DNA of 22,661 nucleotides from Candidatus Methylomirabilia bacterium (GCA_041497895.1 JBGQHJ010000080.1:1-22661), one strand, 5' to 3'; shown: positions 1 to 8,217, counted from the stretch's first letter. Numbers and translations: made by a program. Notes: a model not told the origin generated them from the letters alone.

Positions 1-973
1 CGCCGAGGTCCCGCTCGAGGAGCGCGCGCTCCCAGTCGTCGACCGCCGGGTCGCCGTTGCCGGCCCCGTAGCAGCGCTCGAAGGGCCCGGTGGCGCGGTC
101 GCGGAGGAATCGCGCCACCGGCGAGCCCGCGTCCCGCCGACGAGGGTGGCCGGTGTGGGGCACGGTCGGCACGTTGCCCCAGACCGCCTCCGCGATCTCG
201 GCCACGATGCGCGCACCGCGGGCCCGCGCGGCCTCCCGCTCCTCGAGCACGAGAAACGTGGCGCCCTCGCCGAGCACCGGGCCGTTGTGGTCGGCCGCGA
301 ACGGCCGGCAGCCCTCGGGCGCGCGGCTCCGCATCGGCGAGAGGGCGCCCATCTGGGAGAGGCGCCGGTACACGTCCTCGAACAGCTCGTCGACGCCGCC
401 CGCGACCACCGCCGCGGCCCGGCCGTCGGCCACCAGGCGCGCCCCGCGCGCCAGCGCCAGGTCGCCCGCGAGGGTCGCCTGATTCACGGTGACCGAGGGC
501 GCCTTCGCCCCGATCGCGATCGCCGCGATCGAGGCCATCGTGTTCATCACCGTGTTGGGGAAGATCATCGGCGAGAGGCCGGTCGGCCCGCGGCGCAGGA
601 AGCCCTGCGCGAAGTCGCGGCTCGAGGTGAAGTCGCCGTGCTCGGTGCCCACCACGATCCCGAGCCTCGGCCCGCCCGCCACGCCGGCGTCGCGCACCGC
701 GAGCACGCACGCCCCGAGCGCCAGGCGGCAGATGCGCGAGAGCCGGCGGGCCGCGTCGCGGTCCACCAGCGAGGCCAGCGTGGCCTCGTCGACCTCGGCG
801 GCGAGACGGCTCGCGCAATCCGCGACCGCGAAGGTCCGCACCGGGCCGATGGCGGAGCGACCGAGGGCGAGCGCCCCGGCCAGCGCCTCCCGCCCGCCCG
901 AGGTGGAGGCGTTGACGGTGCCGACGCCGGTGACGACGACCCGGTGCCGGGAAACTGGCCGCGGCTCAGCCAC
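1..973 (-). CDS. Catalytically inactive ketosynthase-like protein (CLF-like); 3' end runs off the window
   Basis: Not in the ORF track; translated by hand from GTG at 973, which overlaps the upstream KS stop. MAEPRPVSRHRVVVTGVG...GIVVGTEHG...SPMIFPNTVMN...CRPF...LGEGATFLVLE is KS-fold. The catalytic Cys site reads VTVNQATLAG (Cys->Thr) and the HGTGT site reads GAGNGDP (no His). Confidence 0.85.
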   Translation of the reverse strand, partial: MAEPRPVSRHRVVVTGVGTVNASTSGGREALAGALALGRSAIGPVRTFAVADCASRLAAEVDEATLASLVDRDAARRLSRICRLALGACVLAVRDAGVAGGPRLGIVVGTEHGDFTSSRDFAQGFLRRGPTGLSPMIFPNTVMNTMASIAAIAIGAKAPSVTVNQATLAGDLALARGARLVADGRAAAVVAGGVDELFEDVYRRLSQMGALSPMRSRAPEGCRPFAADHNGPVLGEGATFLVLEEREAARARGARIVAEIAEAVWGNVPTVPHTGHPRRRDAGSPVARFLRDRATGPFERCYGAGNGDPAVDDWERALLERDLG

Positions 974-2204
974 GGGCGGCCTTCTCGAAGACGAGGCTCA
1001 CGTTCTGACCGCCGAACCCGAAGGAGTTCGACAGCGCCGCACCGACGTCGGCGGGCCGCGCGGTGCCGGGCAGGCAGTCGAACGGCACCTCGGGATCGAG
1101 GTGCTCGAGGTTCGCAGTGGGCGGCAGCAGGGCGTGCTGGAGGGCCAGGATCGTGGCCGCCGCCTCCACGCTGCCCGCCGCGGCCATGGTGTGGCCCACC
1201 AGCGACTTCGTGGAGCTCACCAGCACCCCGCGCTCGCCGAAGACGCGCCGCAGGGCCAGGGCCTCGGCGCGATCGTTCTGCGGGGTGCCGGTGCCGTGGG
1301 CGTTGACGTAGCCGACCGCGGAGGATCCGAGGCCCGCGTCCGCGAGGGCCTGCTCCATGGCGTGGATCATCCCCTCGCCTTCCGGGTGGGGGGCGGTGAC
1401 GTGATGCGCGTCGGTGGTCATCCCGTAGCCGGCGAGCCGCGCGTGCACGCGCCCGCCGCGGGCCCGGCAGTGCATGGCGTCCTCGATCACCAGGAAGGCG
1501 GCGGCCTCGCCGATCGACATGCCCCGCCGGTCACGGTCGAAGGGGCGGCACGGGGTGGGATCGAGCAGCTTGAGCGCGTTGAAGCCCATGAAGCAGATGT
1601 GGGTCAGCGCGTCCACCCCGCCCACCAGCGCGGTGGGGGTAACGCCCGCCCGCACCAGGTCCGCGCCGAGCGCGATGGAGGCCGCGCCCGAGGCGCAGGC
1701 CATGACCACGGTCTCCTTCGGCCCGGTCAGGCCGAGCCGCCAGCCGAGCGTCTCGGCGTGCGAGTGCGGCAGGATCGAGCGCAGGGCGCGCATGTTCCCG
1801 GACGGCCGTCCGCGCGCCTCGCCCCAGTACCAGTCCTCACCCTCGAGCATGCCGCCGCCGACCGCGCCGATGAGCAGCGCCGATTGACGCCGCGCCGGCC
1901 CCTCGAGACCCGCGTCGGCCAGCGCCTCGCGCGCCGCGGCGAGGGCGAGGCGATCGGCGCGCGAGCGGCGACGCGAGACCCCGAGCGCGGCCACCGTCTC
2001 GGCGGGCACCTCGGCGGCGATGCGGGAGCGGAAACCCTCGGTGTCGATGAGGGTGATGGGCCTGATCGCGCAGGTGCCGGCGGCGAGACCGGTCCAGAAG
2101 CTCTTGACCCCCGCGCCGTAGGGGCTCACGACGCCGAGCCCGCTCACCACGACCTCGGGCCGGCCGCGAGGGGAACGGCCGCCGGGGCTCCAGGGCCGGC
2201 TCAT
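966..2204 (-). CDS. Beta-ketoacyl-ACP synthase, FabF/type II PKS KS family, active
   Basis: Intact Cys-His-His triad: VVMACASG, NAHGTGT, KSLVGHT. Also CRPFD and C-terminal SNSFGFGG. Confidence 0.95.
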   Translation of the reverse strand: MSRPWSPGGRSPRGRPEVVVSGLGVVSPYGAGVKSFWTGLAAGTCAIRPITLIDTEGFRSRIAAEVPAETVAALGVSRRRSRADRLALAAAREALADAGLEGPARRQSALLIGAVGGGMLEGEDWYWGEARGRPSGNMRALRSILPHSHAETLGWRLGLTGPKETVVMACASGAASIALGADLVRAGVTPTALVGGVDALTHICFMGFNALKLLDPTPCRPFDRDRRGMSIGEAAAFLVIEDAMHCRARGGRVHARLAGYGMTTDAHHVTAPHPEGEGMIHAMEQALADAGLGSSAVGYVNAHGTGTPQNDRAEALALRRVFGERGVLVSSTKSLVGHTMAAAGSVEAAATILALQHALLPPTANLEHLDPEVPFDCLPGTARPADVGAALSNSFGFGGQNVSLVFEKAARG

Positions 2205-2242
2205 CGCGCGTCCATCGGCGTCGGGACCGCGCGCTCCCGCGC

Positions 2243-2518
2243 TCAGACCTGGCCGGTCTTCGCCAGGATGAACCGCGAGAGGGAATCCAGCGAGAGGAAC
2301 TCGTCCGTGAGGTCGCGACCCTCGTCGATGACGATGCCGAAGCGCTCCTCGAGAGCCACCGAGAGCTCGATGAAGTCGAGCGAGTCCAGGCCGAGCGAGC
2401 CCTCGACGCCCTTGGGCAGGGTCGTCTCCAGGGTCATCTCGGCCGCCCGGCGCGGGTCGAACTTCAGCCGCTCGACGACGAGCCCCTTCAGCTCGTCCAG
2501 GACTTCCTTCTGCGTCAT
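2243..2518 (-). CDS. Acyl carrier protein
   Basis: About 91 aa, acidic, with LGLDSLDFIEL phosphopantetheinylation motif. GGAGG at 2527-2531; start is ATG 2518 or GTG 2521. Confidence 0.93.
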   Translation of the reverse strand: MTQKEVLDELKGLVVERLKFDPRRAAEMTLETTLPKGVEGSLGLDSLDFIELSVALEERFGIVIDEGRDLTDEFLSLDSLSRFILAKTGQV

Positions 2519-2534
2519 CACCAGGACCTCCCTG

Positions 2535-3311
2535 TCACGCCGCGCTCCCGCGCGCGTGGGATCTCACCGTGCTCCAGCCGAGGCGCGCGTGCTCGTCGCG
2601 CCAGCGCCCCGACAGCTCGAGGGGCCCGGTCGCCCCGCGATCCAGCCACTCGCGCAGGTCGGCCAGCGGGCCCGCCGCGAACCGCTCGCCGCCGCCGCGC
2701 GCGGGCCCGACCCGCTTCCCGCGCCGCGACGACCGAAACTGCAGCTCGCCCGCGCCGCGCTCGAGCCACAGGCACGCGGCGGTCTCCACCAGCGGCCACC
2801 TCGTGTAACGCCGATGGCGCGCGTACAGATCCCCGCACTCCTCGAAGATCTCCACCGCCAGCAGCAGCGCCCGATCGCAGCGGTCCTCGTCCAGTAGCCG
2901 CGCCGCCTGCTCGATCGCCCGCAGCGTCGACGGCGCTCCCCCGAGCAGGATGCCGTACGCGCCGGTCACGCCGAACTCGATGGCCACCTCCGCGGGCACC
3001 ACCGCGGGGGCGGTATACGCGAAGTGCATCACGCCGCCCCGCCGCTCGATGAACTCGCGGTTGGACGCGCCGTAGGCGGCGGCGGTCACGTAGAGCAGCG
3101 CCGTCCGCTCACCCGCGATCGCCTCCCGCGGGGCCTTCCCATCTTCAAGCATCGCGTCGACGGCCGCAAGGGCCAGCAAGCATTCCCGGGTGGCCCGCCG
3201 GAAGCGGTCGCCGGGCCGCTCCGGGCGCGGCAGCGTCCAGATCGGGGCCGGCCCGGAGCCCGGCCCCTGCCCGCTCAGGACGCCCAGGCCGCGGACCGCG
3301 GGGGCGCGCAT
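2535..3311 (-). CDS. Short inactive KS-like protein (CLF-like, 258 aa)
   Basis: ATG at 3311 overlaps the upstream KS stop (TGATG). KS N-terminal features: RFRRATRECLLALAA, TALLYVT, FAYTAPAVVPAEVAIEFGVTG. The Cys site reads ILLGGAPST (no Cys) and the C-terminal half is much reduced. Confidence 0.75.
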   Translation of the reverse strand: MRAPAVRGLGVLSGQGPGSGPAPIWTLPRPERPGDRFRRATRECLLALAAVDAMLEDGKAPREAIAGERTALLYVTAAAYGASNREFIERRGGVMHFAYTAPAVVPAEVAIEFGVTGAYGILLGGAPSTLRAIEQAARLLDEDRCDRALLLAVEIFEECGDLYARHRRYTRWPLVETAACLWLERGAGELQFRSSRRGKRVGPARGGGERFAAGPLADLREWLDRGATGPLELSGRWRDEHARLGWSTVRSHARGSAA

Positions 3312-4492
3312 CAGGCGGCCTCGAGCACGAGCGCGCCGTTGCAGCCGCCGAAGCCCATCGAGGTGCTCAGCATGATGCGCGGGCGCGCGGCGCGCGCGCC
3401 GCCCGGCACGTAGTCGAGATCGCACTCCGGATCCGGCTCCTCCAGGTGCAGGGTGGGCGGGATGAGGCCCCGCTGCGCCGACAGCAGGCACATGAAGGCC
3501 TCCAGCGCGGCGGCGGCTCCCATGGTGTGCCCGAGGCCGCCCTTGATCGAGTTCACCGGCACCTCGTACGCGCGCGGCCCGAGGGCCCGCTTGAGCGCGG
3601 CGGTCTCGATGCGATCGTTCAGCAGCGTGGCGGTCCCGTGCGCGCTGACCAGGTCGACGTCCCGCGGCGACACGCGGGCATCCGCGAGCGCGGCCCGGAT
3701 CGCCCGCTCCAGGCCGCGGCCCTCCGGCTCGGGCGCCGCGATGTGAAACCCGTCGCTCGCGCTGCCGTAGCCCAGCACGGTGCCGAGCCGCGGCCCGCGG
3801 AGGTCGCGCTCACGCACCAGCAGGGCCAGCGCGCCCGCCTCGCCCAGCAGCAGCCCGCTGCGCCGGCGATCGAAGGGCCGCACCTCGTCCCGGGTGAGCG
3901 AGCGGAGGGCGTTGAAGCCGCGCAGCACGAAGCGGCAGAGCGCGTCGTAACCGCCCGCCACCACCGCGTCGGCCTCGTCGTGGCGGAGGAGATCCGCGCC
4001 GGTCGCCAGCGCGTTCGCGCCGGACGCGCACGCGGTGGACACCGTGATGACCGGGCCCCGCGCCCCGAGCCAGCGCGCGAGACGATCGCCCGGCCCGTCG
4101 TAGAGGGCGTCGCGGAACCGGCGGCGGGGCCGATCGCCCGCGAGCGCCTTCTCGCCCTCCTCGACCCCACCGAGCGCGGTACCCACCACCACCGCGACCC
4201 GCGTCGGATCGAGCGGGAGCGGGCGGAATCCGGCCTGGGCGCACAGGTCGTCGGCGGCCGCGATCAGGAGCCGCGTGGCCCGGCAGTCGGAGACCCCGCA
4301 CCAGTCCTTGATGCGCCCGAGCTTCTTGACCTCGCCCCCGCGCTGCACCTTGAGATCCGCCACCGGGAATCGCTCGATCTGCGAGATACCCGAGACCCCG
4401 GTGACCAGCGCGGACCAGAACGCCTCGAGATCCGGCCCGACCGGCGTGACGACGCCGGCCGCCGCGATCGCGACCCGCTCAGGCGTGGCCAT
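3311..4492 (-). CDS. Beta-ketoacyl-ACP synthase, FabF/type II PKS KS family, active
   Basis: TVSTACASG, SAHGTAT and KGGLGHT triad motifs; VRPFD; STSMGFGG. Confidence 0.95.
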   Translation of the reverse strand: MATPERVAIAAAGVVTPVGPDLEAFWSALVTGVSGISQIERFPVADLKVQRGGEVKKLGRIKDWCGVSDCRATRLLIAAADDLCAQAGFRPLPLDPTRVAVVVGTALGGVEEGEKALAGDRPRRRFRDALYDGPGDRLARWLGARGPVITVSTACASGANALATGADLLRHDEADAVVAGGYDALCRFVLRGFNALRSLTRDEVRPFDRRRSGLLLGEAGALALLVRERDLRGPRLGTVLGYGSASDGFHIAAPEPEGRGLERAIRAALADARVSPRDVDLVSAHGTATLLNDRIETAALKRALGPRAYEVPVNSIKGGLGHTMGAAAALEAFMCLLSAQRGLIPPTLHLEEPDPECDLDYVPGGARAARPRIMLSTSMGFGGCNGALVLEAA

Positions 4493-5414
4493 GCGGCGGG
4501 CTCCAGGCGTCGAAGAAATTGAACCACTGCGTGGGGTACGTGCGGATCACGCGCTCGAGCGCGGCCACCGTGGTGGCGAGCCCGGCCGCCTCCTCGCCCG
4601 GCTTCACCCAGATCGGCGCGTCGATCTCGAGCCGGTAGCGGCCGCCCGGGACCATCGCGCAGAAGGCCGGCACCACCGCGGCCCCCGCGGCCCGCGCCAG
4701 GACGAAGGGCCCGATCGGGAACGCGGCCGGCTCGCCGAAGAAGGGCACGATCGCGTCGCCCCGCCCGCCGGTGGGCCGGTCGGCCTGCATCGCCACCAGC
4801 TCCGCGCGGCGGAGCGCGGCGAGGAGCCCGAGGGTGGAGGTGGCGTGGCGCCGGGTCACGAAGCGGAGCTGCGGGCTGTCGAGACGGAGATAGCGCTCGA
4901 GGGCCTGGTCCTGCTCGGCGGAGAGGACGACGTGGGCGGTGCGCCGGCCGCGCGAGGAGAGCAGCCGGCCCGCGAACTCCCAGTTGCCGAGATGCGCGGT
5001 GAGCAGGACCACCCCGCGGCCCGCCCCGAGGGCCGCGTCGAGGTGATGCTCGCCCTCGGCGCTCGCCACGTACGCGCCGAGATCGGCGGCGGGGTGGCGA
5101 TTGAGCGTGAGGAGATCGGCGAAGAACGCCCCGAAGTTGGCGAAGGTCTCGGCCACGCGGGCGTCGAGCTCGCGCGGCCTGGCGCCGGGCAGCACCCGCG
5201 CCAGGTTCGACCGGACCGCGCGCCGCTCCGCGGGCACCGCGCGCGACAGCAGGCGGCCGAGGCCGCGCGCGAGCGCCAGGCGGGCCGGCCGCGGCAGCGC
5301 GGAGGCGGCGGCCTGGGCGAGACGGTAGTAGACGAGCCGGTTGAGGCCGTGCGAGTACCAGCCGGGCGGGGCGGCCGCGTGCGACGCGTCCGCGGCGGGA
5401 TCGGGCCGGGCCAT
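4479..5414 (-). CDS. Lysophospholipid/lipid A-type (LpxL/HtrB-like) acyltransferase
   Basis: LTAHLGNWE (HX4E), MQADR, VPFFG, and C-terminal IRTYPTQWFNF typical of the family. Confidence 0.9.
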   Translation of the reverse strand: MARPDPAADASHAAAPPGWYSHGLNRLVYYRLAQAAASALPRPARLALARGLGRLLSRAVPAERRAVRSNLARVLPGARPRELDARVAETFANFGAFFADLLTLNRHPAADLGAYVASAEGEHHLDAALGAGRGVVLLTAHLGNWEFAGRLLSSRGRRTAHVVLSAEQDQALERYLRLDSPQLRFVTRRHATSTLGLLAALRRAELVAMQADRPTGGRGDAIVPFFGEPAAFPIGPFVLARAAGAAVVPAFCAMVPGGRYRLEIDAPIWVKPGEEAAGLATTVAALERVIRTYPTQWFNFFDAWSPPHGHA

Positions 5415-5417
5415 CGG

Positions 5418-6203
5418 CTAGAGCAGCGCCCAGTAGTACATGCGGAAGGCGCGGATGGGCCCGGGGTTCGTGTCGTAGAGCCGGCTCGCCTCGAACCGCC
5501 GCTCCGCTCGATCGAAGGTCACGCGCCCGGGCTCGAGCGGATCGTTGGGATCGTAGACCGTGAAGAGCACGTTGCCGGAGGGATCGAGCCTGTAGGAGTA
5601 GGCGATCACGGTGTGGTTCAGCTCCCAGGTCGGGAAGTTCGTCACCAGGAGCTGGACCGGCCGCCCCTCCTGGAGCTCGGTCATCGCCTCGCGTGCCACC
5701 CGCTCCTGGTGCCAGCGCGGGAACGGAAACACCACCCGCCAGTTCGTCCAGTGCACGAGCGTCCAGAAGCGGCCGACGAGCCCCTCCTTCACCGCCGCCT
5801 CCTGCTCGCGCGAGAACTCGTAGAGCGACGCGTAGCCGGGGATCACCACCCGGGCGGCGGCGGGCAGCGGATCCTCCCACGGAGCGTGGCTCGCCACCCG
5901 CCTGATCCGCGCCACGTACTCCTCCCGGGCCACCCGCGGCGCGGCGGGATCGAAGCGGGCGAAGCGCTGGAACTGGGTGACGCCGCGGGCCATCACGAAG
6001 CAGTAGTTGGCGTAGAGGTCGGGCTTGCCGGGATTGTTGCTGCGGCTCTCGTTGGGGAACGCGAAGGTGTCCACCCCGAAGCGAAGCGAGGCGGGCGCCG
6101 ATGGACGCTCCAGCACCACGTCCATCGGCGCGACCGACGCGCAGCCGGAGACCCCGAGGGCCAGCAGGACCGCCAGCACGAAGAGTCGCGACGACGCCCG
6201 CAT
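5418..6203 (-). CDS. Putative lipoprotein with candidate papain-like Cys-His-Asp triad
   Basis: Signal peptide with lipobox VSG-C; motifs NYCFVM, NHTVIAY, VYDPN. Start is ATG 6203 or GTG 6227. Confidence 0.7.
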   Translation of the reverse strand: MRASSRLFVLAVLLALGVSGCASVAPMDVVLERPSAPASLRFGVDTFAFPNESRSNNPGKPDLYANYCFVMARGVTQFQRFARFDPAAPRVAREEYVARIRRVASHAPWEDPLPAAARVVIPGYASLYEFSREQEAAVKEGLVGRFWTLVHWTNWRVVFPFPRWHQERVAREAMTELQEGRPVQLLVTNFPTWELNHTVIAYSYRLDPSGNVLFTVYDPNDPLEPGRVTFDRAERRFEASRLYDTNPGPIRAFRMYYWALL

Positions 6204-6227
6204 CACGCGTCGTGCAGTGTACCGCAC

Positions 6228-6992
6228 CTAGCCCTGGATCGAATAGCCCCCGTCCACCGGGATCGCGGTGCCGGTCACGAAATCGGAGGCGGGGCCGCCG
6301 AGAAAGACCGCGATCCCGGACAGATCGTCGGGCTCGCCCCAGCGGTCCGCCGGCGTGCGCGCGAGCACCCGGTCGTGGAGCCCCTGCACCTCACGACGGG
6401 CGTTCCGGGTCAGCTCGGTGTCGATCCAGCCCGGGAGCACCGCGTTGACCTGGATATTGTCGCGGGCCCACGCGCTCGCCATCGCCTTCGTGAGCTGCAC
6501 GATCCCGCCCTTCGAGGCCGCGTAGGCCGGCGCGAACGAGGTGCCGAAGATCGACATCATCGAGCCGATGTTGATGATCTTGCCCCCACCGCCGCGCTTC
6601 ATGACCGGGTAGGCGGCGCGGCACGAGAGGAACGCGCTGGTGAGGTTGGTGTCGAGGACCCGGCGCCACTCCGCGAGCGTGAGATCCTGGACCGGCTTGC
6701 GGATGTTCATGCCCGCGTTGTTGACGAGCACGTCCAGGCGCCCGAAGCGGTCGACCGTCTTGCGGATCAGCGCCTCGACCGCGGCCTCGTCGGCCACGTC
6801 GGCCTCGATGGCCACCGCCTCCGCCCCGAGCGACGCCAGCTCGGCCACCGCGCGTCGGCTCTTCTCCGCGTTGCGCCCCGAGACCACCACCGCGGCGCCG
6901 GCCCCCGCGAGCCCGCGCGCCATGCCGAGCCCGATCCCCCCATTGCCGCCCGTCACCACCGCCACCCGCCCCTTCAACTCTCCGTCGGCCAC
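6228..6992 (-). CDS. Short-chain dehydrogenase/reductase (KduD/FabG-like)
   Basis: TGGNGGIG, NNAG, YAASK and PGWIDT motifs; AGGAGG upstream of the GTG. Confidence 0.92.
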   Translation of the reverse strand: MADGELKGRVAVVTGGNGGIGLGMARGLAGAGAAVVVSGRNAEKSRRAVAELASLGAEAVAIEADVADEAAVEALIRKTVDRFGRLDVLVNNAGMNIRKPVQDLTLAEWRRVLDTNLTSAFLSCRAAYPVMKRGGGGKIINIGSMMSIFGTSFAPAYAASKGGIVQLTKAMASAWARDNIQVNAVLPGWIDTELTRNARREVQGLHDRVLARTPADRWGEPDDLSGIAVFLGGPASDFVTGTAIPVDGGYSIQG

Positions 6993-7050
6993 CCTCGCCT
7001 CCTGGTCAGCACGCTCTCGTCCACCCAGACGCGTCGTGAGTCGTGGCAGA

Positions 7051-7056
7051 AGTCTA
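7051..7056 (-). promoter_or_regulatory. Candidate -10 box (TAGACT) for the SDR-to-PKS operon
   Basis: TANNNT hexamer about 60 nt upstream of the SDR start; the -35 match is poor. Confidence 0.35.
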
Positions 7057-7153
7057 CCCGGTCTCGAAGGTCCAGAAAAGCCTGGCCGGGCGCCCGGGAA
7101 CGGGCCGAGGACGAGCTGAGAGGTGTGCGAAGTCCGAGAACTGGACGGGTGAT

Positions 7154-7220
7154 CGGCCGGACCCGGGCGGCGGGGTGGCCCGGCCGGCTCGGCCGGAGTG
7201 GGCCCGCCCGGGTCCGACCG
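7154..7220 (-). other. Long GC-rich stem-loop downstream of the membrane protein gene
   Basis: 7158-7170 is the exact reverse complement of 7204-7216. Inner 7-bp stem pairs 7180-7186 with 7190-7196. Confidence 0.7.
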
Positions 7221-7260
7221 CCTCGCGCGCGCGGCCTCGGGCTCCGCAAGCGCCCGCGCG

Positions 7261-8217
7261 CTACCGCCGCGCGTGCAGGAACTCGAGCCAGGTCACCCGA
7301 TGCTCGCGGAAGAAGAACCCCAGCATGACCGTCGCGGCCAGCAGGTTCCCGGCGAGGATGGTCCACCACGGCACCGCGTCGAGGAGCCAATCCGCGAGGA
7401 TGGCCACCAGCGCGGCGAAGAAGACCTCGAAGCAGCAGAAGAGCATGAAGAACGCGAAGAGCAGCCGCGGGTCGCGATCGGCCAGCGTGAGCAAGCCCGC
7501 GGTCAAGAGCCCGAAGGCCACGAACGCGACGCCGTGGACGATCGTGTACTGCAGGACCAGCGGGGCCGTGACGACGACGGCGCCCGGATCCCGCAGCCCG
7601 TGGAAGAGCGCGGCGCCCAGCAGCGCGGGGGTGCGCAGCGGCACGCCCGCCACCGCGTCGTAGGCCAGGAACCAGATCGCGACCGCGGCGGCGCCCAGCA
7701 GGCCGGCCCAGATGCCCTCGCGCACCGTGCGGGTCCAGAGCGGGCCCAGCAGCGCACGACCGACCGCGCGCTGGCCGATCAGCAGGTAGAGCAGCATCCC
7801 GGCGGCGGCGAGCGCGTTGGCGACGAGGATGGCCCACCACGCGAGCTCGTCGAGCACCGGGTGCGCGAGCCAGGTCACCACCGCGAGGAACGCGATCTCG
7901 AAGCACATCAGCGCGATGAACAGCATCATCACCCGGCTCGGCTCGCGCTGGGCCGAGACGATCAGGTAGGCGATCAGCACTCCGATCATGGCGAACACCA
8001 CGCCGTGCAGCACGGTGTACGGCAGGACCAGGTGCGCCGCGGTGGGAACCGTGGAGGGATTCGTGACGCCCTCGAAGGTGGCGGCGCCCAGCAGCGCTGG
8101 AGTGCGGAACGGCCGCCCGCGGGCGGCGTCGTAGATGAGGAACCACACGGCGACCAGGGCGGCCCCGATGAGGCCGGCGATGACGCCTTCGCGGAAGTAC
8201 CGGGAGTGGGAGGCCAT
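7261..8217 (-). CDS. Integral membrane protein of unknown function with an internal tandem duplication (318 aa)
   Basis: AAGGAGG at 8224-8230 before ATG 8217. Two homologous hydrophobic halves begin REGVIAGLIGA and REGIWAGLLGA. Confidence 0.85.
   Translation of the reverse strand: MASHSRYFREGVIAGLIGAALVAVWFLIYDAARGRPFRTPALLGAATFEGVTNPSTVPTAAHLVLPYTVLHGVVFAMIGVLIAYLIVSAQREPSRVMMLFIALMCFEIAFLAVVTWLAHPVLDELAWWAILVANALAAAGMLLYLLIGQRAVGRALLGPLWTRTVREGIWAGLLGAAAVAIWFLAYDAVAGVPLRTPALLGAALFHGLRDPGAVVVTAPLVLQYTIVHGVAFVAFGLLTAGLLTLADRDPRLLFAFFMLFCCFEVFFAALVAILADWLLDAVPWWTILAGNLLAATVMLGFFFREHRVTWLEFLHARR

Noticed and set aside
2201..2242. In-frame continuation after the ACP stop (ARERAVPTPMDAR*) ending in an ATGA overlap with the KS start; possible read-through or mini-ORF
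   Set aside because: The ACP domain is already complete, no recoding signal is visible, and this frame coincidence is likely by chance.
966..4492. Housekeeping fabF/acpP locus, or true ladderane or aromatic polyketide synthesis
   Set aside because: Inactive KS partners and the atypical ACP argue against primary FAS. No radical SAM genes, cyclases or Gln-type KS-beta are visible, though the cluster is truncated.
7154..7220. Hairpin as SRP RNA or another known ncRNA
   Set aside because: It lacks the SRP GNRA tetraloop and conserved internal-loop motif, and has no tRNA-like features.
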